A stretch of 64,000 bases of DNA from Gemmatimonadota bacterium (GTDB taxonomy: Bacteria; Gemmatimonadota; Gemmatimonadetes; Gemmatimonadales; GWC2-71-9): NCBI GenBank assembly GCA_036679645.1, contig JAZDCY010000014.1, positions 160,001 to 224,000 on the forward strand. The letters are read 5' to 3'. Shown piece after piece: positions 49,454-58,462 of this stretch. The stretch's first letter is position 1. Each line of letters opens with the position of its first letter. Under the pieces are notes generated by a model that worked only from the letters and a program-made list of their open reading frames with translations, was not told the origin of the DNA and searched no databases. Position numbers and translations under genes: made by a program.

Positions 49454-50665
49454 ATGGCCGTGACGACCAGAGACATCGACGACCTGAAGCGCCGCTTTCA
49501 CCAGGCGTACGGCTCCCGTGCGCCCACGCATCTGGTCCAGGCTCCGGGCCGCGTCAACCTGATCGGCGAGCACATCGACTACAACGGTCTCCCCGTGCTC
49601 CCGATGGCCATCGACCGCCGCATCCTGCTGTTGCTCCGTGCCCGCACCGACAACGTCATACGGGTCACGAACACCGATCCACGTTTCTATCGCGCGGAAT
49701 TCACGTTACGTCATGATATCCCGACGTCCCCGGGCGGGAACTGGGTGAACTACCTCAAGGCGGGGGCGCAGGCGGTTGTGCGCGCGCACGGGGTGGAGGT
49801 GGGGTTCGACGCTGTGATCGGGTCGTCGCTTCCCATCGCGGCGGGGTTGTCCTCTTCGTCGGCACTGGTGGTCGCAACGGCGCTCGCCTTGAATCATGTG
49901 AACGCGATCGATTCGGATCCGGTCGCGCTGGCGTCTCTGCTTGCCGAGGGTGAACGCTACGTGGGCACGCAGGGCGGCGGCATGGACCAGGCGATCTGTC
50001 TCGCCGCGCGTGCGGGCACGGCCTCGCGGATCACGTTCGATCCGTTGCGCGTCACACCGCGCCGCGTGCCCAAACACTGGCGCTTCGTCGTGGCACATTC
50101 TCTCGCGGACGCGGAGAAATCCGGCGCCATACAGGAGACGTACAACAAGCGGACACAGGAGTGTGAGGCCGCCCTCGCGACCATGGCACAGGCGCTGAAC
50201 CGGCCCATGCCCACGTACATGTCGTTACTCGAGACCGAAGACTACGGCGCCTTGCGCAACGCCATCGAAACGCTCGACGAGCGCTTCGCGAAGCGGTTTC
50301 GCCACGTCGTCTCGGAGGTGCGCCGCGTGTTCGAGGCGGAGCGCGCGATGGAAGCTGATGACCTCGCCGCGTTTGGGGGCATGCTGGTGGCGTCCCACCT
50401 CAGCCTGCGTGACGACTTCGAGGTGAGCACACCCGATCTGGACATGCTGGCGGAGATCGCGCTGGATGGCGGTGCCGCAGGCGCGCGGCTCACCGGGGCC
50501 GGCATGGGCGGCTGCGCGATTGCCGTCACCGACGCGGATCACGTGACGTCGGTGGTCGAGGCATTGGCCGAGCGCTTCTACCGCCGGCGTGGGGTGCGCG
50601 ATCCGGAGGCGATGCACCTTTTCGCGGCGGAGCCGTCACACGGGGCTTCCGTGTCAGCGATGTGA
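49454..50665 (+). CDS. galK: Galactokinase
   Basis: APGRVNLIGEHIDYN, GLSSSSA, GGMDQ, GARLTGAG.GG. Confidence 0.92.
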   Translation: MAVTTRDIDDLKRRFHQAYGSRAPTHLVQAPGRVNLIGEHIDYNGLPVLPMAIDRRILLLLRARTDNVIRVTNTDPRFYRAEFTLRHDIPTSPGGNWVNYLKAGAQAVVRAHGVEVGFDAVIGSSLPIAAGLSSSSALVVATALALNHVNAIDSDPVALASLLAEGERYVGTQGGGMDQAICLAARAGTASRITFDPLRVTPRRVPKHWRFVVAHSLADAEKSGAIQETYNKRTQECEAALATMAQALNRPMPTYMSLLETEDYGALRNAIETLDERFAKRFRHVVSEVRRVFEAERAMEADDLAAFGGMLVASHLSLRDDFEVSTPDLDMLAEIALDGGAAGARLTGAGMGGCAIAVTDADHVTSVVEALAERFYRRRGVRDPEAMHLFAAEPSHGASVSAM

Positions 50666-50822
50666 TGATGTGTCGGCGTCGGCCGGCTCCACCCCATGCC
50701 CTCCGGGGCGTTATGGACCCGATCCCCGTGTCGGCGGGCGGGATGCCACCGCCTCCCTGCCCGATACAGTGTTCCGGTGAACATCTTGGACATGTTCTCC
50801 TCCTGACTGGAGTGCAAACACC

Positions 50823-51086
50823 ATGAGGCTCAATACCAAGGCGTTGATGATCGTGTGCGCCGCCCTCTGGGCGGGACTCTTCCTGTTCGTGGGCGTCGCC
50901 AACCTGATCTGGGAGCCCTACGGCGCGGGGCTGCTCCAACTCGGCGCGTCGATCTATCCGGGTTACGAAGGACCGGCCGGGTTCGGCTCGGTGATCGTCG
51001 TAACACTGTACGCGCTGGTGGATGGTGCCATCTGTGGCGCGCTCTTCGGCTGGCTCTACAACATGGTGGCGAGCAAGTCGGCCTAG
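50823..51086 (+). CDS. Small membrane protein
   Basis: 87 aa, hydrophobic, SIYPGY and FGWLYN motifs, GGAG RBS. Confidence 0.7.
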   Translation: MRLNTKALMIVCAALWAGLFLFVGVANLIWEPYGAGLLQLGASIYPGYEGPAGFGSVIVVTLYALVDGAICGALFGWLYNMVASKSA

Positions 51087-51326
51087 CGCGCCATCATCGG
51101 AGTCCATGACCACGAGCCCATCCGGTGGTTCCCGCGCTCAAGCGCGGGCTCGGCGCTGGCGCGGCGCGATTTGCAGGCGCTCGGCAGTCCTTCACGACCA
51201 CCCGCGCGTAGCGCGCCGACCGCGTCCGCGAGCTTGCGAGCGGCGCGGCGCCGAGCATCGCGAGTCGGAGACGAGCGATGACTCGGCAACCGGGGCTTCT
51301 AGCCCCGGGACACGAGGGTCAGCTTC

Positions 51327-51400
51327 ATGACGTCAGTTGATCGTCTCATCGAGGCCCTGGCCGACCGCTACCGCGTCGAACGCGAACTCGGTCGCGGCGG
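51327..51400 (+). pseudogene. Kinase 5' stub (MTSVDRLIEALADRYRVERELGRGG)
   Basis: Direct translation; 51360-51400 is 40/41 identical to 51796-51836. Confidence 0.8.
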
Positions 51401-51405
51401 GCAAT

Positions 51406-51440
51406 GGAAAAGCCAGGCGGCACTGAGCCACCCGGCTTCC
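51406..51440 (-). terminator. Hairpin terminator downstream of the tRNA-like RNA
   Basis: AAGCCGGGTGGC-TCAGT-GCCGCCTGGCTTTT. Confidence 0.6.
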
Positions 51441-51522
51441 CTCGGCGTAGCGAGTCTGGCTACGCAGCGGCACTCCGTGTCTCAAAGGTATGGTTCGGCG
51501 TGAGCCGAGTCAACGCGGTGGG

Positions 51523-51606
51523 TGCTGGCGGTGGGATTCGAACCCACATGGGCTTGCGCCCCACGGAGTGCCGCTCCGCTGCGTCTGCCAATTCCGCCAC
51601 GCCAGC
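51523..51606 (-). ncRNA. tRNA-Leu-like RNA with non-canonical anticodon loop (GCGGCAC, nominal anticodon GGC)
   Basis: Perfect 7-bp acceptor GCTGGCG/CGCCAGC, A73, Leu-type D arm GCGGAATTGGCAGACGC, long variable arm, GTGGG-TTCGAAT-CCCAC. Confidence 0.85.
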
Positions 51607-51762
51607 ACCACAACGGCAGCGAACCATGGCAGCCCAAAGGCCGAAGACGCGGGAGATCGTACCCGATGCCGACCGCCCGACCATGATAGCACCGTCGGTG
51701 CGCAGCGTTGGTACCATTTCGTTGCCGACTCTACCAAAGCCACGCACGGAGGCCGCCTAGTA

Positions 51763-52125
51763 ATGGGCGTCGCTGAGAGCCTGGCGTCCGCACTCGCCGA
51801 CCGCTACCGCGTCGAACGCGAACTCGGCCGCGGCGGCATGGCCACCGTCTACCTCGCCGAAGATCTCAAACATCACCGGCAGGTCGCGCTTAAGGTCTTG
51901 CGGTTTGCCAGCGTAGCCGAGGTCAAGAACCGGCTATCCGAGTATCTAGCCAGGGCCCGGCGGAAGAACGAGCCCATTATCGTCACTTACCACGGCAAGC
52001 CTTACGCCTTGATCCAGCCCCTTTCGGAACAGGATCTGGAGGAGTTGGAATGGAGGGAATTGGCGACGACGCGCTTGGCCGGCGCATGGGAGGGTGAGAA
52101 GGACGCCCTCTATGACTACCTATAA
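51763..52125 (+). CDS. Chimera: kinase N-lobe start fused in frame to a Phd/YefM antitoxin
   Basis: ALADRYRVERELGRGGMATVYLAEDLKHHRQVALKVLR|FASVAEVKNRLSEYL...PIIVTYHGKP; GGAGG RBS. Confidence 0.8.
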   Translation: MGVAESLASALADRYRVERELGRGGMATVYLAEDLKHHRQVALKVLRFASVAEVKNRLSEYLARARRKNEPIIVTYHGKPYALIQPLSEQDLEELEWRELATTRLAGAWEGEKDALYDYL

Positions 52126-52294
52126 ACGCGGTCAGGTCGTCGTGGTCGACGTCCCGTTCTCGGGTGGGTCGGGCTCCAAGCTTCGGCCCGCCCTCGTCAT
52201 CAGCGCCGAGACCTTCCACCGAGACCTTCCCGACGTGATCGTCTACCCTGTCAGCAGCCAGCCTCGCTATTACGATCACGCTAGATCGGCTTGA
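52112..52294 (+). pseudogene. PemK/MazF toxin, C-terminally truncated
   Basis: YKRGQVVVVDVPFS...KLRPALVIS; only 60 aa, ends at the convergent Uma2 gene. Confidence 0.8.
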
Positions 52295-52831
52295 ACAGCT
52301 CCGTCAACGCTAGCTCGAACGGCGCGCCCGTTCCCGAAGGCACCCATTCAATGTGCTCACGCTCTTCGTGCGGAACCGTCGCTTCCGGAGTCCACACTTC
52401 GACCACTTGGGCATCCGGATCCACGATCCAGTAGAGCGGAATCCCAACTTCCTGATACAGGCGTCGCTTTGTGAATCGATCGTAACGGGCAGTCGACGGG
52501 CTCAACACCTCGACCGCGAGTTGGAGATGCTGCATCCGCGACCAGTCCATGGTCCGGGCTTCCTCGAGATCGACCACGAAGAGATCCGGTTGCACGAGAA
52601 TATATCCGGACCCCACGAGATGTCGGCTGGAGAAGCGAGCAGGTGCCCGCACGGCTCTGTCTCCAGATAGCGAAAGAGAGCGCTATGGAGCCGACCGACC
52701 ACGGTTTGGTGCCAGGCCCGCGGCGCGGGCGTCACGAGGAGTTCGCCGTGGACGGTCTCGTACCGTTTGCCGTCGTCGGGAAGGGCTCGGACCATGTCCG
52801 CAGTGTGGTACAGAGGAGCGGCCATACCCAT
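52281..52831 (-). pseudogene. Uma2 family endonuclease, frameshifted near 52600
   Basis: RYETVHGELLVTP...PADISWGPD / ILVQPDLFV...EVLSPST...YWIVDP in two frames. Confidence 0.82.
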
Positions 52832-52872
52832 AAGGTCTGCTCGGCGTGTTGGGGAGCGCAAGGGAAACGCGC

Positions 52873-54636
52873 CTACTCAAACCCCACCTTCGGCAACACC
52901 CGAAACAACCCAACAGCCCCCACCACCGTGACGACGGCGAGCACCGCCCCCAACCCGATGTTGCCGTAGACGAAGAACCCGGTAGCGAACAGTGCCGAGT
53001 AGACCGCGAGACATCCAAAGAACCACCCCGCGAGCCCCGCGCCGATCCCGCTATCGGGACCGTCACCCGTTACCACCACCTTCTTCCATCCTCGACCCGA
53101 GGGGCGGACCGTGTCGTAGAACGATTGGAGCGTGTCCCGATCGGCAGGTGGTGTGAGCGCGGTGACGCTCAGCCAGGCGACGGTCGTGATCGCGACGCCT
53201 ATGACCAACTGAAGGGATGCGTGCAGCGGCGCGAAACCCAGATTCTCGTGCGCGAACTGGAAGTACACGGCCACGACAAACGAAACGATCATCCCCGATA
53301 TCTCGCTCCACGCGTTTACGCGCCACCAAAACCAGCGCAGCAGAAAGATCAGGCCGGTGCCGGCACCGACCTGGAGCAGGATCTGAAACGCCTGTAACGC
53401 ATTCTCCAACCACAGCGACACGATCGACGCCAACACGATCAGGATCACCGTCGACCCCCGTGCCACCGTCACGTAGTGCCGCTCGTCCCGATTGGGCACG
53501 AGGAACCGGCGATAGAAATCATCGACGATGTATGAGGCACCCCAGTTGAGATGCGTGCTGATCGTGGACATGTAGGCGGCGGCCAACGACGCCACGACTA
53601 GGCCGAGGATACCGTGCGGTAGGAACACGAGCATTGCCGGATAGGCGAGGTCGTGGCCGATGATCGACGGGTCGAGATTCGGGAACCGCACGGCAATGGA
53701 GTCGAGCGTCGGATAGACGACCAACGACGCGAGCGCCACGATGATCCACGGCCAGGGACGGATCGCATAGTGGGCGATGTTGAACCAGAGCGTCGCGCGC
53801 ATCGCATCCCGCTCGTCGCGCGCGGCGAGCATGCGCTGCGCCACGTACCCGCCCCCACCGGGCTCCGCCCCCGGATACCACGTGCTCCACCACTGTACGG
53901 CGATGGGGATGATCAGCACGGTGGCCGCCGTGCGCCAGTCCGAGAAGTCCGGCAACAACGCGAGCTTGTCCGCTACCGCCGGGTTCTGGATCAAGGCGGT
54001 CAGGCCACCCACCTCCGGCTGCCCCACCGCAAAGTACGCCGCCGCGAGCGCGCCGATTATGGCAATCGCAAAGAGGAGTAGGTCGGTCACGACCACACCC
54101 CACAGCCCCGACGTAGCGGAATACAGCACCGTGACCGAGCCGGCGACCAGAACGGTCGTGTACCTGTCCACTCCCAACAGCACGCCACTTATCTTGATGG
54201 CCGCCAAGGTAACGGTCGCCATGATCATGACGTTGAAGAACACGCCGAGATAGAGCGCGCGAAATCCGCGCAAAAAAGCGGCGGGTTTCCCCGAATAGCG
54301 CAATTCGTAGAACCCCATGTCGGTAAACACGCCGGACCGCCGCCACAGTCTTGCATAGAAAAACACGGTACACATACCGGTGATCAGGAACGCCCACCAC
54401 ACCCAGTTCTGGCTCACCCCGCCGGTGCGCACTAGATCGGTGACCAGGTTCGGTGTGTCGGTAGAGAAGGTCGTCGCGACCATCGACGTGCCCAACAACC
54501 ACCACGGGAGCCGCCGTCCCGAAAGGAAGAACTCCTTTGTCCCGCTTCCCGCCCGACGTGCGAAGACCAGGCCCGCCACAAGCACTGTGATTCCATACAA
54601 GGAGACGACGAACCAATCCAAACCGGTGAGTTGCAC
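52873..54636 (-). CDS. Sodium:solute symporter
   Basis: FFLSGR.LPWW..GTSMVATTF, QRMLAAR, AAYMST. Confidence 0.92.
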   Translation of the reverse strand: MQLTGLDWFVVSLYGITVLVAGLVFARRAGSGTKEFFLSGRRLPWWLLGTSMVATTFSTDTPNLVTDLVRTGGVSQNWVWWAFLITGMCTVFFYARLWRRSGVFTDMGFYELRYSGKPAAFLRGFRALYLGVFFNVMIMATVTLAAIKISGVLLGVDRYTTVLVAGSVTVLYSATSGLWGVVVTDLLLFAIAIIGALAAAYFAVGQPEVGGLTALIQNPAVADKLALLPDFSDWRTAATVLIIPIAVQWWSTWYPGAEPGGGGYVAQRMLAARDERDAMRATLWFNIAHYAIRPWPWIIVALASLVVYPTLDSIAVRFPNLDPSIIGHDLAYPAMLVFLPHGILGLVVASLAAAYMSTISTHLNWGASYIVDDFYRRFLVPNRDERHYVTVARGSTVILIVLASIVSLWLENALQAFQILLQVGAGTGLIFLLRWFWWRVNAWSEISGMIVSFVVAVYFQFAHENLGFAPLHASLQLVIGVAITTVAWLSVTALTPPADRDTLQSFYDTVRPSGRGWKKVVVTGDGPDSGIGAGLAGWFFGCLAVYSALFATGFFVYGNIGLGAVLAVVTVVGAVGLFRVLPKVGFE

Positions 54637-54639
54637 TGG

Positions 54640-55545
54640 CTACACCTTTCGGCTCGCGTGTGAAGCGCGACGCCACAATGTCGCGGGATAGCTCCCCGCT
54701 TCCATCAAATGCTGCAACCGGCTCGCGACCCACGCCCGGTCGTCGGGAAACGTGACGCCGACAGTCCGTTCATCGGTCGGCACCGCTCGGACGCGCGCCA
54801 CCCCGCGCTCGATCATGCCGTGGACTTGAGAACTCAATAGAAATTCACTCGCCTCCGCGTTGCCGGGTATCCGCCGAAACGTGTCGAAGACCGTGCGGAG
54901 TAACGGGAAAACCGCAGGCGTGAACGCCCAGAGATTCATCGACACGATCTCATTACCCGCAAAAGCGCACGGCTCGCCGTCGAGATCCCGTCCCACTATG
55001 TGGCCGTGGTCATCACGTGCAAGGTCACGGATCTCACTTAAGCCCACCACATACTCGTCGTCCGCGACGGCACAGACTGCCCGCGACACACCGCCGCACG
55101 GCGACAGCGTGTTCTCCAATCGGTACGCGGCCATCGCAAACGTATTCGGCGCCCGTTCCGCCCGCAGCGCATCCCACGTAGAGCGCAACGCCGACGCTCC
55201 GTAGAAGTCGTCGGCGTTGATCACCAGGAAGTCGGACCGGACTGCGGCGGCCGCTGCGAGCACGGCCTCCCCCGTACCCCAGGGCGCGGCGCGTCCGGGT
55301 ACCGGTTCCTGGAACGCGAACGCCACGTCGAGCACCGAGCCAAAGCTGCGTGCCACGTGGTGTTGGAAGGCGGATGCGAGATCGGGACGTATGACGATGA
55401 CAACACGAGTGCACCCGGCCTGAACGGCATCGTAGACCGCATACTCGAGGAGCGTCTCGCCGTGTGGCCCAAGCGGCGCTAGTTGCTTATGGCCACCGTA
55501 TCGGGTCGCCCGACCCGCCGCCAGGACGACGAGGGTGAAACTCAA
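54640..55545 (-). CDS. Sugar-phosphate nucleotidyltransferase (NTP transferase)
   Basis: LVVLAAGRATRYGGHKQ, PWGTG, INADDFYG; TTG start overlaps the upstream TGA. Confidence 0.85.
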   Translation of the reverse strand: MSFTLVVLAAGRATRYGGHKQLAPLGPHGETLLEYAVYDAVQAGCTRVVIVIRPDLASAFQHHVARSFGSVLDVAFAFQEPVPGRAAPWGTGEAVLAAAAAVRSDFLVINADDFYGASALRSTWDALRAERAPNTFAMAAYRLENTLSPCGGVSRAVCAVADDEYVVGLSEIRDLARDDHGHIVGRDLDGEPCAFAGNEIVSMNLWAFTPAVFPLLRTVFDTFRRIPGNAEASEFLLSSQVHGMIERGVARVRAVPTDERTVGVTFPDDRAWVASRLQHLMEAGSYPATLWRRASHASRKV

Positions 55546-55817
55546 ACCCGCTGCGGCCGCTCGTCCAACTCGATGACCATGCCTCCAATCCGCGGCGCCA
55601 GCAAATTGTAGGTCACGGCGAACAGGTAGGTGGTCGCCCCCATCGCGATCGTCACGACGGGGCTCCAGACGACGACTACTACGACGGTGCCCCACTCGGC
55701 GGACCCGAACAGGGCGACCAACGCAAGAATAACGAGCCACATGGCTTGCATGACGAAGAACGTGGTCGCGAGCATGAACGAAGTGCGTCGCGCCTCGATA
55801 CGCTTGATCTCGATCAT
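55542..55817 (-). CDS. Small two-TM membrane protein
   Basis: GGAGG RBS; MIEIKRIE...YNLLA..IGG.VIEL. Confidence 0.7.
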   Translation of the reverse strand: MIEIKRIEARRTSFMLATTFFVMQAMWLVILALVALFGSAEWGTVVVVVVWSPVVTIAMGATTYLFAVTYNLLAPRIGGMVIELDERPQRV

Positions 55818-56111
55818 GGGAACCTCCTGCACCCAGTCACAGGGTTGCGCGCCGAACAGAGTCGGCCATACTATGTGGCGTACATGCCCGAACTCCAACC
55901 CTATCCGAGGAGGTGATCCCTTGTCCGACTGTAGACCCGGCGCCAGCCTGGTGTGGGCAAACGATCGCCGTTCGGTAAGCTGATCCAGAACCGAATCGCG
56001 ACTCCGCGCCGCTGATCGGACGCCATAGGGCGATCGTACCAGGCTGCGCGCAGGAACAACCGCGTCGTCGGGCATTCGGTCCCGACGGCGCGGTTTGGCG
56101 TACGGCTAGGT

Positions 56112-56199
56112 GCTCAGGTGCTCAGGTGCTCAGACGCACAGACGCACGGACGCACGGACGCACGGACGCACGGACGCACAGATGCGCAGGCGCTCAGAC
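56112..56199. repeat. Octamer tandem repeat GCNCRGRY x11
   Basis: gctcaggt x2, gctcagac, gcacagac, gcacggac x4... Confidence 0.9.
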
Positions 56200-56475
56200 T
56201 AGCCCGTCGAGGGTCGCCGTCCCATTGCTCATGCGAATTGGGCGATGGAGACGAGTAGGTGACAACATTCGGGGAACGCGTCAAGGCGGGACGCTGGGTG
56301 CGAACACCCTGCACAACTCCTGTCAGCCAGCGCACGAGGCGTCGTTGGGAAGTCCGGTCGAGTTTGCCGCAATCGGGTATCCCGCCCCAACGCATGGGGA
56401 CTTGCGCGCTGCGTGCAAGGTAGGGGCGCACGCAGTGCGCTTGACGACTACCGTCCAAAATGCAACTTTTAGGGC

Positions 56476-56880
56476 ATGGTCACTACCCCAACCCGGGACC
56501 CGAACGAGGGAATCCATCGGTTTTTCGACGACCTACGTGCTGGACTCGATCGCAGGGCCTGGCACGACCGGCGGAAACAAGATCGGCGAGCGGAACCGAG
56601 ACGGATCAGCATCGACCGTCGCAGTCGGGCCGACCGCCGGGCGCTAGAGCGCCGCGATGAGGATGATCGCCGCCGCAGCGACTTCCAGCCGTTTACCCGA
56701 GACGAAATGTCGGCGATCGAGGCGATGCTCCACGGAGACCGCAAGCCGGTGGTCTGCCCGAAGTGCGGGGGCAACCTGCTGCTGGCCCTCCCCGGCGCGC
56801 GCGGCGCCAAGACGCCGCATGCGGTGCATGCGGTGCAGTGTACTGCCTGCCGCGGCCGTATGGCGATCGAAGCCGCCTAG
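56476..56880 (+). CDS. [DE]RR-repeat + zinc-ribbon protein
   Basis: About seven DRR/ERR units, then PFT..E, CPKC...CTAC; paralog of 59413 and 61209. Confidence 0.72.
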   Translation: MVTTPTRDPNEGIHRFFDDLRAGLDRRAWHDRRKQDRRAEPRRISIDRRSRADRRALERRDEDDRRRSDFQPFTRDEMSAIEAMLHGDRKPVVCPKCGGNLLLALPGARGAKTPHAVHAVQCTACRGRMAIEAA

Positions 56881-57455
56881 GAAGTGCGCGGTTCGAAGAA
56901 ATCCTCCGGCTCGACTCCGAGCCCGTCCGCAACGCGTGCGTAATAGTTGAATAGCGAGATCACCTGCACGGCGTCGTGGATTGCCCGGTCATCGAACCCC
57001 CGTCGGCGCAGCGCAGCGACGTCTTCGGCGCACATCGATCGTTCGTCACGTGTGAGTTTGGCCGCGAACTCGCACAGTGCCCGATCAGCAACCGGCAACT
57101 CGGCCGTGCGCCACGACCGGACAACTGCACGGACGTACCTATCCGCCTCATCGCTCGTCGCGAACTGCCCGGCGACCTCTTCCCGGAGGTCGTACGCGTG
57201 CGCCTGCGTTCAGTAGAAGCATTCGAGTTCCGCCGAGGTCACGGTGGCCAGCAACTCGCGTTGTGCGCGTGTGAGAGGCGATGGGCTATTCATGATCGCC
57301 ACATACAGATCCATGCTCGCCTTGAGGACGAGCGGGTTCTGGCTCATGATGTGGACGATGTGCCAAACCCGCCCGGCCCGGCGGAACGCCTTGTCGAATT
57401 CCCGCTTGAGCGGGCCGGTCGCCTCATCGAGGGGGACTTGATCGATCCAGGGCAT
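56877..57455 (-). CDS. AhpD-like/CMD peroxidase-related selenoprotein candidate (CFYU)
   Basis: LTRAQRELLATVTS...CFY-TGA-TQAH continues in frame to FAAKLT...FNY..RVADGLG; hairpin after the TGA. Confidence 0.85.
57172..57209 (-). promoter_or_regulatory. Putative bacterial SECIS hairpin
   Basis: CGACCTC-CGGGAA-GAGGTCG beginning ~18 nt after the UGA. Confidence 0.6.
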
Positions 57456-57695
57456 CAGCCATAATAGCAGGAGGAGTTGCCATGTCACTTGGACCACGAA
57501 ACCGCTCAGCGCCGGAGATCGACGCGCGCCCCGGCCGGAAAGGCCACTTAGGCCCCTTCCCGGAGCCGCCGTGCACACCGCGGCCGCCTGCCGATCCGCC
57601 GCCAATCCGACTCCCCGACGGGTTCTGCACGACCGAGCCCGATGGGGGTCTACTCCGCATGCTGAGCGGCCTGTTCCGCACCCGGCGCTGAGGCG

Positions 57696-58364
57696 GTGAC
57701 CGCCGGCGCAGGCGACGCGGCCGTACAACGCGGCCGCCGTACGACCGTGCTCAGCATCGGCGTGGCCCTGGTGGCCAGTGTCGCAACCTCCACGGTCGCG
57801 CTGATCCAGCTCGATTACGATTGGACCGATGCCCCAGGCAGTACGCTCATGGCCATCGTGCGCTGGGTAGCGGCCCCGCTCGTTGTCCTCGTTCTTGGCG
57901 GGATTGTCTCGTCCGGACGTCCCTGGGCTCGCTGGGCGCTGACCGCCTTCCTCGCCGCTGGGGCGGCGTGGGTTCTGGTCCTCGCCGACTTCAACCGCCC
58001 CATCCTGCCGTTCGCGCTGGCGCTGGCCGCGGCCTGGGGACTGGGTGGGACCGCACTGGCGCTCACCCCGGGTGTCGCCCGTTTCCTCTGCCACCGCCGC
58101 CGGCAATGGTTGACGCAGACACTGGGACCACTCACGTGTATCGTCGATAGCGAGCGATGGCTCGACGTGCTGGCGGCCTGGCAGCGGGACCAGCTCATGT
58201 CGCGCCGGGAGCACCGCCGCGCCACTCGCGTCCTCGCGGATTGGCTGGACGCGCAGCAGATCTCGCCGGATCGGGTGCGCGGATTCCGGACCCGTCTCGA
58301 GGAACTCGGCATGGGCGATGGCGCGGAATCGGAGCAGATCGCACTCGGTACGGCGGTCAGCTAG
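57696..58364 (+). CDS. Hypothetical four-TM membrane protein with soluble C-terminus
   Basis: Hydrophobic helices, GRPWARW motif, GAGG upstream of GTG. Confidence 0.55.
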   Translation: MTAGAGDAAVQRGRRTTVLSIGVALVASVATSTVALIQLDYDWTDAPGSTLMAIVRWVAAPLVVLVLGGIVSSGRPWARWALTAFLAAGAAWVLVLADFNRPILPFALALAAAWGLGGTALALTPGVARFLCHRRRQWLTQTLGPLTCIVDSERWLDVLAAWQRDQLMSRREHRRATRVLADWLDAQQISPDRVRGFRTRLEELGMGDGAESEQIALGTAVS

Positions 58365-58462
58365 CCGCGCCGGGGCCGCGGGCGTATCGTTGGCTATTCG
58401 GCACCTCTACCGCGCCACGACACCGCGGCGCAACGGCCTGAGGGTCGAGACAGGAGACGAGA

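Noticed and set aside
51460..51747. 95-aa ORF ending ...TRSAAA as a tmRNA tag or real protein
   Set aside because: It runs through the tRNA-like structure; no tmRNA acceptor with G3:U70, pseudoknots or typical resume context is visible
55950..56000. GGCAAAC as the start of a c-di-GMP-I riboswitch
   Set aside because: The GNRA-capped stem and downstream conserved motif are absent
57210..58214. 334-aa minus-strand ORF
   Set aside because: Only the last 81 codons (from ATG 57455) are AhpD-like; the rest is antisense to the membrane protein gene
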